A stretch of 64,000 nucleotides of DNA, taken from NCBI GenBank assembly GCA_963748015.1, contig CAVVHE010000005.1, positions 416,001-480,000 of the forward strand, written 5' to 3'. The translations under genes were made by a program, and so were the position numbers. Numbering within the stretch: position 1 is the first letter of the stretch; each line of letters begins with the position of its first letter. Below the pieces are notes generated by a model that did not search any database, was not told where the DNA came from, and was given only the letters and a program-made list of their open reading frames with translations. Positions 8,385-21,039 of the stretch are shown piece after piece. The DNA comes from Terriglobia bacterium. Its GTDB lineage: Bacteria > Acidobacteriota > Polarisedimenticolia > Polarisedimenticolales > JAIQFR01.

Positions 8385-11300
8385 ATGCGCACGATCTCGG
8401 TGTCTCTTTCTTTCGTGACGGTTGTGGTGTGCCTGATGGCAACGGCCGCGCCTGTCGCGATGGCGGACATTGGCGGTTCCGACTGGCTGTGGGCGTCGGG
8501 TCCCCCCGCCCCGGAAACCCGAAAGTACGCCGCGATGGCCTACGACAGCACCCGTGGTCGCGTCGTGCTCTTCGGGGGGCTCGGCACCGCGGCGATTCCC
8601 GGAACCTGGGAGCGTGACGCCACCTCCTGGGTCCTCAGGCTCCCCGCGACGAGCCCGCCGGCCCGCTCGGCTCACGCGATGGCGTACGACGCCGCCCGGG
8701 AGCGGGTCGTGCTCTTCGGGGGGTCGGGCGGCTCGGGAGTTCTCGCCGACACGTGGGAGTGGAACGGCACCGACTGGGTCCAGCGGATTCCGGCCACGAG
8801 CCCGCCGGCCCGCTCATTTCACGCGATGGCTTATGACAGCGCCCGTCAGCGCGTCGTTCTCTTCGGGGGGTCCGCCGGCGCCGCGGCTCTCTCCGACACG
8901 TGGGAGTGGGACGGCGCCGACTGGGTGCAGCGGACGCCCGCCACGAGCCCGTCGGCCCGCACGGGGAGCGCCATGGCTTACGACGCCGCGCGGGGGCGGG
9001 TCGTGCTGTTCGGGGGACTGGCGTCGGCAGGCGGCTATCTCGGCGACACGTGGCTGTGGGACGGGGCCAACTGGTACCCGGCGGCATCCGGCTCGAATCC
9101 GCCGGCTCGCGATCGACACGCGATGGCGTACGACGGCGTCCGGCAGCGCGTGGTCCTCCTCGGGGGGAGGAAGTACGGTCCCGCTCCGACCTATGTCGAG
9201 TACCTAGGCGACACGTGGGAATGGGATGGCGCCGCGTGGGCGCAACGCGCGCCCGCAACGAGTCCGAAGACGCGGTGCGGCCACGCCATGGCGTACGACG
9301 CCAGCCGCGGTCGCGTCGCGATCTTCGGTGGAGAGCACCAGTACTTCGACCTGGGATACGGGTTCGAGCTGCTCGCGGACACGTGGGAGTGGAACGGCAC
9401 GGCCTGGGCGGAGTGGACGTCCTCCACGACCACGATCGCGCCGCCGGCGCGCAATCAGCACGCCATGGCGTACGACGGCGCCCGCGGACGCGTCGTGCTC
9501 TTCGGCGGTTACGGCCAGAGCAGCGGCGTTCTCGCCGACACGTGGGAGTGGGACGGATCCGCCTGGGTCCAGAGAGCGCCCGCCGCGAGCCCGCCGGCCC
9601 GCAAGGACCACGCGTTGGCCTACGACGGCGCCCGCGGACGGGTCGTGCTCTTCGGCGGAGCGGGCAACTCCGGGATGCTCGCCGATACGTGGGAGTGGGA
9701 CGGCACGAACTGGGTCCAGAGACTCCCCGCGAAGAGTCCGCCGGCCCGCCAGGAACACGCCATGGCCTACGACGGTATCCGGGGCCGGGTGGTGCTCTTC
9801 GGGGGCGTCGACTCGAGCGGCTACGACCGCTCCGACACGTGGGAGTGGGACGGCACCAACTGGGACCAGAGACCGCCCTCCCACAGCCCGCCGGGCCGGC
9901 GAGGCCACGCCATGGCCTACGACGGCGCGCGCGGGCGTGTCGTTCTGTTCGGGGGCTGGGGCGGCTCCGCTCTCTCGGACACGTGGGAATGGGACGGCTC
10001 CGGCTGGGTCCACAGGACGCCAGTCACGAGCCCGCCGTCCCGCTACTACCTGGCGATGGCCTACGACGGCGCCCGGCGGCGGGTTGTGCTCTTCGGCGGA
10101 ACCGGCGACTCGTACACCTGCCTCGGGGACACCTGGGAGTGGAACGGCATCGACTGGGCCCTGCGGGCGCCCGCGACGAGCCCGCCGGCCCGCCAATTCC
10201 ACGCGGCGGCCTACGACGGCGGCCGGGGAGGTGTCGTGCTCTTCGGGGGCTACGACTGCAACCGGCTGCTCTCCGACACGTGGGAGTACCTGCCGGTCTC
10301 GGCGTGCGAGTATCCCGGCGCGGTCGCGGGCTTCAGTCCGGGCGGAGGCGGCGGCGGGGCGGCGACCGACGCGCTCGGCCCCCTCGACGGGCAGGCCGTC
10401 TCTCTCGGTCTCGGCGGACAGCTCGTCCTCCTCCTGGACCCGCCGGTGCGGGACGCACCGGGGACCGAGCTGATCGTCAACGCGATCGGCGCCGCGAGCG
10501 GAGGCGTGGACGAGAACTACCGCGTAGAGGCGAGCGTGGACCTCGTCTCCTATGTCGTGTTGAGGGATTGTCCGGGGGGCGACTGCCCGGTAGACCTGGC
10601 GGGCTCCGGCCTGCCGTTCGCGCGGTATCTCAGGATCACCGACCTGCCTCCCCAGGAAACGGGCCCGGTCCCGCCGCACCTCGGCGCCGACATCGACGCG
10701 GTGTCCGTCCTCGAGTGCTGCACGACCGGCTTCTGCTGCGGGCAGCTCGACGGGACGTCGTGCGACGACGGGAACGCCTGCACCACGGGAGACCTGTGCT
10801 CCGGCGGCGCTTGCACCGGCGGCCCGCCTCCGTCGTGCGACGATGGAAACCTCTGCACGAACGACTCGTGCAGCCCGCCGGCCGGCTGCGTGCACGCCAA
10901 CAACACGCAGCTCTGCGACGATGGGGACCCGTGCACGTACAACGACCGTTGCAGCGCGGGTCAGTGTGTGGGAATCACCGGATCCGACACCGACCAGGAC
11001 GGGGTGCCCAACATCTGCGACAACTGCTGGGACGTGCCCAATCCGTCCCAATCGGACGCAGACCAGGACGGTGTCGGCGATGCCTGCGACTCCTGCACCG
11101 ATTCCGACGGCGACGGCTACGGCAATCCGGGGTATCCGTCCAACAATTGCGCCGTCGACAACTGCCCCTTTGTCCCGAATCCCACGCAGTCGGACTTCGA
11201 CCACGACAGCATCGGCGACGCCTGCGATACCTGCACGGACTACGACGGCGACGGCTTCGGCAATGCGGGGTTCCCCGCCAGCCTGTGCCCCCACGATAAC

Positions 11301-12395
11301 TGCCCTTTCGTCCCGAATGGGGGACAGCTGGACGCGGACCAGGACGGGGTCGGCAACGCCTGCGACAACTGTCCCGGGGCGGCGAACCCCGATCAACACG
11401 ACGGTGACATCGCGGACCTGACGTTGTCCCAGTGGGCCGTCTCGGCGACGGCGAGCAGCGAGTGGTCCACGCCACCCTACGGCGCGGTGCAGGCGACGGG
11501 CGCTCCCAACGTCTCGAGCTGCGAGGACGACGTCCTGGCCTGGTCGCCTTCCGGAGGAGGAGCCGATCCCGAGTGGCTCGAGGCCCACTACGGCGTGCCG
11601 ATCCAGGCCGCGGGCATCACGGTGTACGAGACCTCCATCTTCGGCTCGGTGTTCCAGATCGATCTCGTGGATTCCGCCGGCGCGTACCACACCGTGTGGA
11701 CCGGTATCGACGGATCGGCCTGCAACGCACCGCTCTCGGCTTCGTGGGCTCGCACGCCGTACCTCGTGACGGGTGCGAGGATCCACACCGCGATCGACGG
11801 TTGGGAGGAGATCGACGCGGTGCAGCTCGTCGGCATCGTGCCCGCGCAGCCTTCGCCCGACGGGCGAGGCGATGCGTGCGACAACTGTCCGCTGGTCCCG
11901 AATGCGGACCAATCCGACGTGGACGGGGACGTCGTGGGAGATGCCTGCGACAACTGCCCCACCGTGCCGAACCCCGACCAGACGGATCTCGATCACGACG
12001 GGATTGGGGACGCCTGCGATCCGGATATCGACGGGGATAACGTCGCGAACGCGAGCGACTGCGCGCCCAACGACGTGACCGCATGGACAGTTCCTGGCGA
12101 AGCCCTGAGTCTCGCTTTCGCGAATGCCAGTGACAAGACATTCCTGACGTGGATACCACCCGGCGCTCCCGGCGGCTCGGCAGTCCGTTACGACCTTCTG
12201 CGGAGCGACGTCGCGAGCAGCTTCTCGGCGGCCTACTGTGTCGTCACGGACGCGACGACGACCACGGCTACGGACGCGAGCGAGCCCTCCGCTGGAGCGT
12301 CGTACCACTACCTCGCGCGCTCGGAGAACGCCTGCGGCGGCAATCTCGGCACCCGTCCCGGCGGCGTGCCTCGAACGGGGCGCGACTGTCCCTGA
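8385..12395 (+). CDS. Large secreted multidomain protein: 12 Kelch-like blades, Cys-rich repeats, thrombospondin type 3 Ca-binding repeats, C-terminal 'CP-stop' domain
   Basis: Signal peptide; 12 x A(M/L/A)AYDxxRxxV(V/A)(L/I)(F/L)GG...TWxW; CDDGNxCT repeats; DxDxDG(V/I)GDACD(N)C repeats. Confidence 0.85.
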   Translation: MRTISVSLSFVTVVVCLMATAAPVAMADIGGSDWLWASGPPAPETRKYAAMAYDSTRGRVVLFGGLGTAAIPGTWERDATSWVLRLPATSPPARSAHAMAYDAARERVVLFGGSGGSGVLADTWEWNGTDWVQRIPATSPPARSFHAMAYDSARQRVVLFGGSAGAAALSDTWEWDGADWVQRTPATSPSARTGSAMAYDAARGRVVLFGGLASAGGYLGDTWLWDGANWYPAASGSNPPARDRHAMAYDGVRQRVVLLGGRKYGPAPTYVEYLGDTWEWDGAAWAQRAPATSPKTRCGHAMAYDASRGRVAIFGGEHQYFDLGYGFELLADTWEWNGTAWAEWTSSTTTIAPPARNQHAMAYDGARGRVVLFGGYGQSSGVLADTWEWDGSAWVQRAPAASPPARKDHALAYDGARGRVVLFGGAGNSGMLADTWEWDGTNWVQRLPAKSPPARQEHAMAYDGIRGRVVLFGGVDSSGYDRSDTWEWDGTNWDQRPPSHSPPGRRGHAMAYDGARGRVVLFGGWGGSALSDTWEWDGSGWVHRTPVTSPPSRYYLAMAYDGARRRVVLFGGTGDSYTCLGDTWEWNGIDWALRAPATSPPARQFHAAAYDGGRGGVVLFGGYDCNRLLSDTWEYLPVSACEYPGAVAGFSPGGGGGGAATDALGPLDGQAVSLGLGGQLVLLLDPPVRDAPGTELIVNAIGAASGGVDENYRVEASVDLVSYVVLRDCPGGDCPVDLAGSGLPFARYLRITDLPPQETGPVPPHLGADIDAVSVLECCTTGFCCGQLDGTSCDDGNACTTGDLCSGGACTGGPPPSCDDGNLCTNDSCSPPAGCVHANNTQLCDDGDPCTYNDRCSAGQCVGITGSDTDQDGVPNICDNCWDVPNPSQSDADQDGVGDACDSCTDSDGDGYGNPGYPSNNCAVDNCPFVPNPTQSDFDHDSIGDACDTCTDYDGDGFGNAGFPASLCPHDNCPFVPNGGQLDADQDGVGNACDNCPGAANPDQHDGDIADLTLSQWAVSATASSEWSTPPYGAVQATGAPNVSSCEDDVLAWSPSGGGADPEWLEAHYGVPIQAAGITVYETSIFGSVFQIDLVDSAGAYHTVWTGIDGSACNAPLSASWARTPYLVTGARIHTAIDGWEEIDAVQLVGIVPAQPSPDGRGDACDNCPLVPNADQSDVDGDVVGDACDNCPTVPNPDQTDLDHDGIGDACDPDIDGDNVANASDCAPNDVTAWTVPGEALSLAFANASDKTFLTWIPPGAPGGSAVRYDLLRSDVASSFSAAYCVVTDATTTTATDASEPSAGASYHYLARSENACGGNLGTRPGGVPRTGRDCP

Positions 12396-12407
12396 CGACC
12401 CACGTCC

Positions 12408-13169
12408 TTACAGCAGCTCGCAGAGGCGGCGGAACGTCGGGAGGCCGGCGGGGGCGGAGGCGCGCGAGATCATCTCGGGGTCGTCCCAGCGGAAGAACGG
12501 GTTCGTCGACCGCTCCTCCTCGAGCGTGAGCGGCACCGTCACCGTGTCGCCCGCGGCGGCGCGCCGCTCGAGATCCTCGAGCCGCGCGGCGAGCCGGGCG
12601 TTGCCGGGGTCGAAGCGCGCGGCCTCGCGGACGTAGGTCAGTGTGTACTCGTGCGAGCACCAGATCCGCGTGGCGGCCGGGAGCGCCCGGATCTTGACGA
12701 GCGACGCGAACATGTCGTCCGGCGTCCCCTCGAAGAGGTTCCCGATCGTCCCGCCGAAGACGGTATCCCCCGAGAAGAGATCGCCTCCCCCGGCCTCGTC
12801 GGGGACGAAGTAGGCGACGTGGCCGAGCGTGTGCCCGTCCACCTCCAGCACGCGCGCCTCGCGCCCGAGCACCGCGACCGTGTCTCCGTCCGACACCGCC
12901 TCGGTCAGCGCGGGGAGCCGCTTCCGGTCCCGCGCCGCTCCCACGACGCGGACGTCTCCGTGCCGCCGCCGCACCTCCGCGACCCCCGCGACGTGGTCGC
13001 CGTGATGGTGGGTCAGCAGGATCGAGTCGAGTGCCACCGCGTTTCGCTGGAGCCAGAGGGCCACGGGCTCCGCCTCCCCCGGGTCCACGACGGCGGCGCG
13101 CCCGCCCTCGTCGTCCACGAGCACGTAGATGTAGTTGTCGGAAAGCGCGGAGAGAGAGACGACCTTCAT
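12408..13169 (-). CDS. gloB: Hydroxyacylglutathione hydrolase (glyoxalase II)
   Basis: DNYIY, THHHGDH, GHTLGH, LFSGDT, CSHEYT, ExxTNPF. Confidence 0.92.
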   Translation of the reverse strand: MKVVSLSALSDNYIYVLVDDEGGRAAVVDPGEAEPVALWLQRNAVALDSILLTHHHGDHVAGVAEVRRRHGDVRVVGAARDRKRLPALTEAVSDGDTVAVLGREARVLEVDGHTLGHVAYFVPDEAGGGDLFSGDTVFGGTIGNLFEGTPDDMFASLVKIRALPAATRIWCSHEYTLTYVREAARFDPGNARLAARLEDLERRAAAGDTVTVPLTLEEERSTNPFFRWDDPEMISRASAPAGLPTFRRLCELL

Positions 13170-13215
13170 GACGTAGCTCCCCTCGGGGCTGCCTCGCCTT
13201 GCGTCGCGTTCCCGC

Positions 13216-14271
13216 TCACCGCGCCCGCTCCCGGTCCATGCGCTCGAAGAACACGTGGAGCGTTCGGGTCAGCGGATCGACGCCCGCTACGAGCGAGGTG
13301 TGCCGCGCGCAGTCGATGAATTCCGCGGGGAGCGCGAGCTCGAGGCGATGGCCGTCGCCGTTCAGGTCCTCGAGGTCGACGAGGCGCGCCGGCTCGCGCG
13401 CGCCGAAGCGCTCCTCGTAGCCGCGGGAGGCGGCGCCGGGAGTCGCGTCCGCCTCGGAGCACGGGAAGCGCGGCAGGAGCGGCCCGCCCCCGGTCCCCTT
13501 CAGGCTCGCGGTCAGGTCGAGCGTGTCCTCGAGCCCCTTCTCGCCGGCCAATACCAACAGGACCTTCTCGGCCGCGTCGGCGTGGCCGAAGACCCGGTCG
13601 GGGCAGGAGGAGCATCCGGACGGGACGAACTTCGCGCCGATCAGCGCGATCGCGAGCGTGTGGCGGTAGCCGTCGCCGAGATCCACGCTGCGCGCGTCCC
13701 TCAAGATCGCCCCCTCGGGAAGCAGGGACGACAGGGTGCCTCGCTCCTTCGCCGCCTTCGGCGGCTCGTAGACGTACGTGGTCACCACGCGCGTGGTGAA
13801 GCTCTGGACGACGACGCTCCGCGTCCTCTCGCGAGGCGGCTTCTTCCCGGTGGCGCTCTTGACCGCCGCCTCGACGGCGTCGGCGTCCCACTCCCGGCGC
13901 GGCGCGGCGAACAGCACGTCGGGGGCCGCCACGGATCCGTCTTCGCCCAGCACCACGTGGATCACGAGGTCGAACGGGCGCCCCGCGTCCTGGATCACGA
14001 GCCAGCTCGACGGCCAGCCGTCCGCCTCGAACAACGTCTCGACGCAGGTCGCGACCCGGTCCGCCGAGAGCACCGCACCCGGGGACCCGAGCACGGTTTC
14101 CTCGGTGCCGTCGGGAAGGCGCACGGTCTTGCCCGCGAGGCGCTCCGCGAGAGACGCCGCGAGCGCTCCCGCGCGGTCCGGGGACGGACGCGGCAGCTCC
14201 TTCGCCGCCGCGAGGCCGGGCGCCAGGATCAGAGCGAGCATCGCGAGCCCGGCGAGTCGAAAGCGCTTCAT
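13216..14271 (-). CDS. Hypothetical secreted protein
   Basis: Start MKRFRLAGLAMLALILAPGLAAA (signal peptide), RBS GGAGG-like; DLNGDG motif near the C-terminus. Confidence 0.6.
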   Translation of the reverse strand: MKRFRLAGLAMLALILAPGLAAAKELPRPSPDRAGALAASLAERLAGKTVRLPDGTEETVLGSPGAVLSADRVATCVETLFEADGWPSSWLVIQDAGRPFDLVIHVVLGEDGSVAAPDVLFAAPRREWDADAVEAAVKSATGKKPPRERTRSVVVQSFTTRVVTTYVYEPPKAAKERGTLSSLLPEGAILRDARSVDLGDGYRHTLAIALIGAKFVPSGCSSCPDRVFGHADAAEKVLLVLAGEKGLEDTLDLTASLKGTGGGPLLPRFPCSEADATPGAASRGYEERFGAREPARLVDLEDLNGDGHRLELALPAEFIDCARHTSLVAGVDPLTRTLHVFFERMDRERAR

Positions 14272-14397
14272 GAGACCCTCCCCGGCCAGACTACATCCGG
14301 GGTTGCCGCGAGACAACCGCGAACGCTCCCGCGCGCAACGAGGTCGAGGCCCGGGCATTGATCGCGGCGGTGCGCACCGCCTAGATTCGACGGCACC

Positions 14398-15825
14398 ATG
14401 CTGCAAGCCGCGGCCGCGACGTCGGCGTCTCCCGTCCTCGACGACCGGTTCTTCCTGATCGAGAGCCTCGGCCGCGGCGGAATGGGAACCGTGTACCGCG
14501 CGTTCGACCGCGCGGAGAGCCGCGACGTCGCGCTCAAGATCCTCGACGACCCCGAGCCCGCCGGCCCCTCGCACCCGCTCTCGGCGGAGTTCGAGGCGTG
14601 GTCGCGCCTCGCGCACCCGAACATCGTCGAGGCGCTCGAGCTGGGACGCTCGCGGCACGGCCCGATCGAGGCGGGAAGGCCGTACCTGGTGCTGGAGTAC
14701 TTCCCGGGCCTTCCCGTGCACCGCGCGCTCCGTCCTGGGAGCGTGAGCGCGGACTCCCTCGAGGCGGTCTCTCGTGGGGTCCTCAGGGCACTCGCGCACG
14801 TTCACGACGCCGGCCTCGTGCACCGCGACGTCAAGCCGGGAAACGTGCTGGTCTCTCCCGCGGGACGCCTGCCGGATCGCGTCAAGATCACGGACTTCGG
14901 TCTCGCGGTGGAGGCCGGAAGAACCGGCGTGCCCGGCCAGGTGAGCGGGTCCATCCCCTACCTCGCCCCCGAGGCGCTGACGGGAGAGGCGCTCGACGGC
15001 CGCGCGGATCTCTACGGCCTCGGCATCCTCCTCTACCACCTCGCGACCGGCCGCATGCCCGCCCCCGGCCAGGAGCCCGGAGAGATCCTTCGCTGGCACC
15101 TCTCGGGGGCCCGTCCCGATCCGAGGGACGCCGCGCCGCGGATCCCCGCGCGCCTCGCGCGATTCATCTCCAGACTGATGGCCCGCGACCGCGACCTGCG
15201 CCCCGCCTCGGCGGCGAAGGCGCTCGACCTGCTCGGCGCGCGGGAGGCCCCGCATCCGGCCGCGCCCTGCCTCGCCGCGGGACGCGCGGAGCGCGCCGTC
15301 CTGCGCCTGGCGATGGACGCCGCGCGACTCGGGGCGAGGCGCCGCTTGGCGCTACCGGCGTCCGATGGGGCGGCGGCATCTCTCCTGCGCGAGGCCCGGG
15401 TGCTCGCGGGCATTCACGGGCTGGCCGCGCACCCCTTGTCGTCCGGCGGGCGGGCGTGCCTGGGCCGCACGGTGCTGCGCCTCCTGCTCGACCGCGGCGC
15501 CGACGCTCGCGCCATCGTCGAGCGGCACCGCCTTCTCGCGGGACTGCCGATCGCGCTCCTCGGCGGCCTGCCCGTCTGGGACCGCGCGCGCGACGGAGCG
15601 GACGCGTCGTGCGACGCCGCGCCGCTGCGCGCCACCGCGCGCGGCGTCGCGGGCTTCCTGCTCGAGTGCTCGACCGCGAGGCCGCTCGTCCTGATCGCGG
15701 GGCGCGCCGCCCTCGCCGACCGGATGGCGCGCGAGGTCACCGCCCTGCTCGACCGCGCCATCCGCGACGACCCCCAGCCCCGTCCCGGCCGCAGCGGCCT
15801 CCTGCTGCTCGTGGAGGAAGACTGA
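14398..15825 (+). CDS. Hanks-type Ser/Thr protein kinase with a degenerate C-terminal region
   Basis: LGRGGMGTVY, VALK, HRDVKPGN, DFG, YLAPE, DLYGLG. Confidence 0.88.
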   Translation: MLQAAAATSASPVLDDRFFLIESLGRGGMGTVYRAFDRAESRDVALKILDDPEPAGPSHPLSAEFEAWSRLAHPNIVEALELGRSRHGPIEAGRPYLVLEYFPGLPVHRALRPGSVSADSLEAVSRGVLRALAHVHDAGLVHRDVKPGNVLVSPAGRLPDRVKITDFGLAVEAGRTGVPGQVSGSIPYLAPEALTGEALDGRADLYGLGILLYHLATGRMPAPGQEPGEILRWHLSGARPDPRDAAPRIPARLARFISRLMARDRDLRPASAAKALDLLGAREAPHPAAPCLAAGRAERAVLRLAMDAARLGARRRLALPASDGAAASLLREARVLAGIHGLAAHPLSSGGRACLGRTVLRLLLDRGADARAIVERHRLLAGLPIALLGGLPVWDRARDGADASCDAAPLRATARGVAGFLLECSTARPLVLIAGRAALADRMAREVTALLDRAIRDDPQPRPGRSGLLLLVEED

Positions 15826-15876
15826 TCGCGCCATGGCTTGGGCGGCGGACCACCGGAACCGTAGGCTCGCCGGGGG

Positions 15877-16060
15877 GCGAACGTTCGCGGGGCCTCTCGC
15901 GGCGACCTCCCTCGGCGACGACCCGCATCGGTCGCGCGAAGGGTCGAGCAAGCGCGATGGCGCAGACCCTAGCGCCATCGCGCTCGACCCTTCGCGCGAC
16001 CGTGCAGGGGTCCCCGTCGCCTCGGGCATCGTCGCCGCGAGAGGCCCCGCGATCGTTCGC
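15877..16060. repeat. Long imperfect intergenic hairpin (~184 bp)
   Basis: GCGAACGTTCGCGGGGCCTCTCGCGGCGAC pairs with GTCGCCGCGAGAGGCCCCGCGATCGTTCGC; inner CGGTCGCGCGAAGGGTCGAGC pairs with GCTCGACCCTTCGCGCGACCG. Confidence 0.8.
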
Positions 16061-16141
16061 TTGGGAGCAGCCGATGCTGGGGTCGACCGAAGGACGGGAA
16101 CGGACCTGTCCAGGTACAACCGACGCCGGGATTAGCCGAAA

Positions 16142-16331
16142 GTCCGGAATCCACGTTCGAATTCGGCCCGAAGCGGCCCTGTTTTCGCGCGGCCGGTTCT
16201 TCCCTTGAAGGCCGCGCGAAAAAAAGTTGAATCAACACTTTCTCGCCCGGGGCGAGCAGGCGGCGCGGCGAAGTTCGCCGCGCAACGCCGCAGCGTGCCG
16301 CGCGGGCCGAATTCGAACGCGGATTCCGGAC
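16142..16331. repeat. Dispersed structured element, family 1 copy A
   Basis: 29-bp terminal IR (16142-16170/16303-16331, one mismatch) around core GAAGCGGCCCTGTTTTCGCGCGGCC...GGCCGCGCGAAAA...CAGCGTGCCGCG. Confidence 0.85.
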
Positions 16332-16374
16332 GCTGCAGACTACGATCACCCGCCCATGGCGAGGAGGCAGCCGA

Positions 16375-19152
<2,778 letters not shown>

Positions 19153-19345
19153 ACTGGCTCGCCCGGCCCCCTGGCACGAGGGAGGCCGGCTTCAAGGAAA
19201 ATTCGGTATCGGGTTCGTTCCGGGTACCGCCCGCCCCCCATCCGGGAACGTGAAAAAAGCGCGCTTAGAGATAGCAGGGCGCTTCCGGCCTTGTCAAGGG
19301 CAAATCCCACGAAAACTACCAAGTATTGGACATCTTTTGTCCGTC

Positions 19346-19362
19346 ACCACAACATATTGTGG
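19346..19362. promoter_or_regulatory. NrdR box upstream of nrdJ
   Basis: ACCACAACATATTGTGG matches the acaCwAtATaTwGtg consensus; a weaker second box lies ~31 bp away (19315-19330). Confidence 0.75.
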
Positions 19363-19510
19363 TAGGGGCGGTCGTCCACGGTCCCCGGAAACCCAGCCGA
19401 CACTTCGAGTTACGATGGCACGATTTTAGACCAACCACGTGGGGATCGCGGTCGAGAAGAACGACGGAGCCCGGCCGGCGGCCGGTGTCCTTCTTCCCCG
19501 TCCGGGGGGG

Positions 19511-19897
19511 CTACAGCACGCAGACCTTCTGCTTCCAGGTCGCGTAGAACGCAAGCCACTCCGGGCTGGGATCGACGAAGCAGATCCCCATGCCGCAATC
19601 GAGAATGTGCGCGAGCTGGGCCGGAACCCGCTTCGCCCAGATGACGCGCCCCCAGAAGGTGAAGACGCGGTCCGGGAACTGGACCGAGAGCTGGACCGTC
19701 GTACCGGGCCGGAAGACCTGGTTGGTGTGGATGAACAGGCCCGTATCGGAGACGTTCTTCGTGAAGCCCATCTTGTCCGGGACGGCGGTGCCGAACCGGA
19801 CGAGGAGCCGGCTCCTGGCCCGCTTGATGCGCCGGCTGTCGGCCTTCGCCGACGGCGAGCCGTCTCGAGCGTTGGCCCCGCTGCGCCCTGTCGCCAT
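19511..19897 (-). CDS. PilZ domain protein
   Basis: RRIKR (RxxxR) and NVSDTG (D/NxSxxG) motifs, GRVIW, GMGICF. Confidence 0.85.
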   Translation of the reverse strand: MATGRSGANARDGSPSAKADSRRIKRARSRLLVRFGTAVPDKMGFTKNVSDTGLFIHTNQVFRPGTTVQLSVQFPDRVFTFWGRVIWAKRVPAQLAHILDCGMGICFVDPSPEWLAFYATWKQKVCVL

Positions 19898-19995
19898 TCC
19901 GGCTCCGATCCCGGGATGGTCCGCTCTCGCATGCTCCCGGCGGAGGACAATATGGTCCCGGCCTTCCGGCCGGGCAACCCGGGAGGGCCTCGTCC

Positions 19996-21036
19996 CTACG
20001 CTCCGGAAAGCCGCCGGATCGCCCATTCGGCATGGGAGCGGATCATCGGGTCCGGATCGGCGAGTGCCGCGCGGAGGGCCGGGAGGGCCTTCGGGTCTCC
20101 GCGGTTCCCGAGCACGACGCAGGCGTTCCGCCGCATCCCGTCCCAGCGCGCCCTCATGAGCGGCGTGCCCGAGAAGCGCGCGCGGAAGGCGGGCTCGTCC
20201 ATCCCGAGGACCTCCTCGGGATCGAGACCGTCGAGATCGTCGCGCGCCGCGAGCGTGCCGCCTGCGGCCGAGCGCGCGAAGCCGACGTTCCACGGACAGA
20301 CGGTCTGGCAGTCGTCGCAGCCGAAGAGCCAGTCGCCGATCCCGGGGCGGATCGCCTCCGGGATCGCGCCTCGGTGCTCGATGGTCCAGTACGACACGCA
20401 CCGGTTCGAGTCGACGACGCCGGGCTCGACGATGGCGCCCGTGGGACACGCGTCGAGGCACGCGGTGCACGTCCCGCAGAAGTCGTCGTGGGGCCCGGGC
20501 GTCGGCTCGAGAGAAGCGGCGGAGAGGATCTCTCCGAGAAGGAGCCACGATCCTCGCGTTCGCGTCAGCAGGTTCGCGTTCTTGCCGATCCATCCGAGGC
20601 CCGACGCCTCGGCCCAGCCGCGCTCGAGCACCGGCCCCGTGTCCACGAAAGCCCTCGCGGGGAGGCCCGACGCCTCCTCGAGCCACGCCGCGAGGCGCTT
20701 CGCCTTCGCCCCGAGCACGCGGTGATAGTCGCGCCTCCTCGCGTACAGCGCGACCTTCGCGCGCCCCGCGGCGGGCTCGGGGGTGCCGCGCTCCGGTCCG
20801 TAGTTCATGGCGAGCGAGACGACGCTCCGGCAACTCGGGAGGAGCTGCCGCGGATCGGCCCGGCGCGGCACGTCCCGCGCGAGCCAGCCCATCGCCGCGT
20901 GGAAGCCGCGCGCGAGCCAGGATTCGAGAGCCCGCCCGTCGCGCGGGAGAGGACGGGCGGCCGCGATCCCCGCGGCGTCGAACCCTTCCTCGCGGGCCCG
21001 ATCGAGGAGGGCCCGGGTGAGCGCGCCGGCGTCCAT
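19996..21036 (-). CDS. queG: Epoxyqueuosine reductase
   Basis: YARRRDYH, VDTGPVLER, GWIGKN, CGTCTACLDACPT, FGCDDCQTVCPWN, C-terminal HEAT-like repeat. Confidence 0.93.
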   Translation of the reverse strand: MDAGALTRALLDRAREEGFDAAGIAAARPLPRDGRALESWLARGFHAAMGWLARDVPRRADPRQLLPSCRSVVSLAMNYGPERGTPEPAAGRAKVALYARRRDYHRVLGAKAKRLAAWLEEASGLPARAFVDTGPVLERGWAEASGLGWIGKNANLLTRTRGSWLLLGEILSAASLEPTPGPHDDFCGTCTACLDACPTGAIVEPGVVDSNRCVSYWTIEHRGAIPEAIRPGIGDWLFGCDDCQTVCPWNVGFARSAAGGTLAARDDLDGLDPEEVLGMDEPAFRARFSGTPLMRARWDGMRRNACVVLGNRGDPKALPALRAALADPDPMIRSHAEWAIRRLSGA

Positions 21037-21039
21037 CGC

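Noticed and set aside
8520..10290. DNA-level repeat array or DGR-like repeats
   Set aside because: The ~150-bp periodicity is explained by in-frame Kelch-like protein blades; no reverse transcriptase is present
19417..19431. Sigma-54-like TGGCACG-N4-TAGA on the + strand
   Set aside because: Poor -12 element, and it points antisense into the PilZ gene with no downstream ORF
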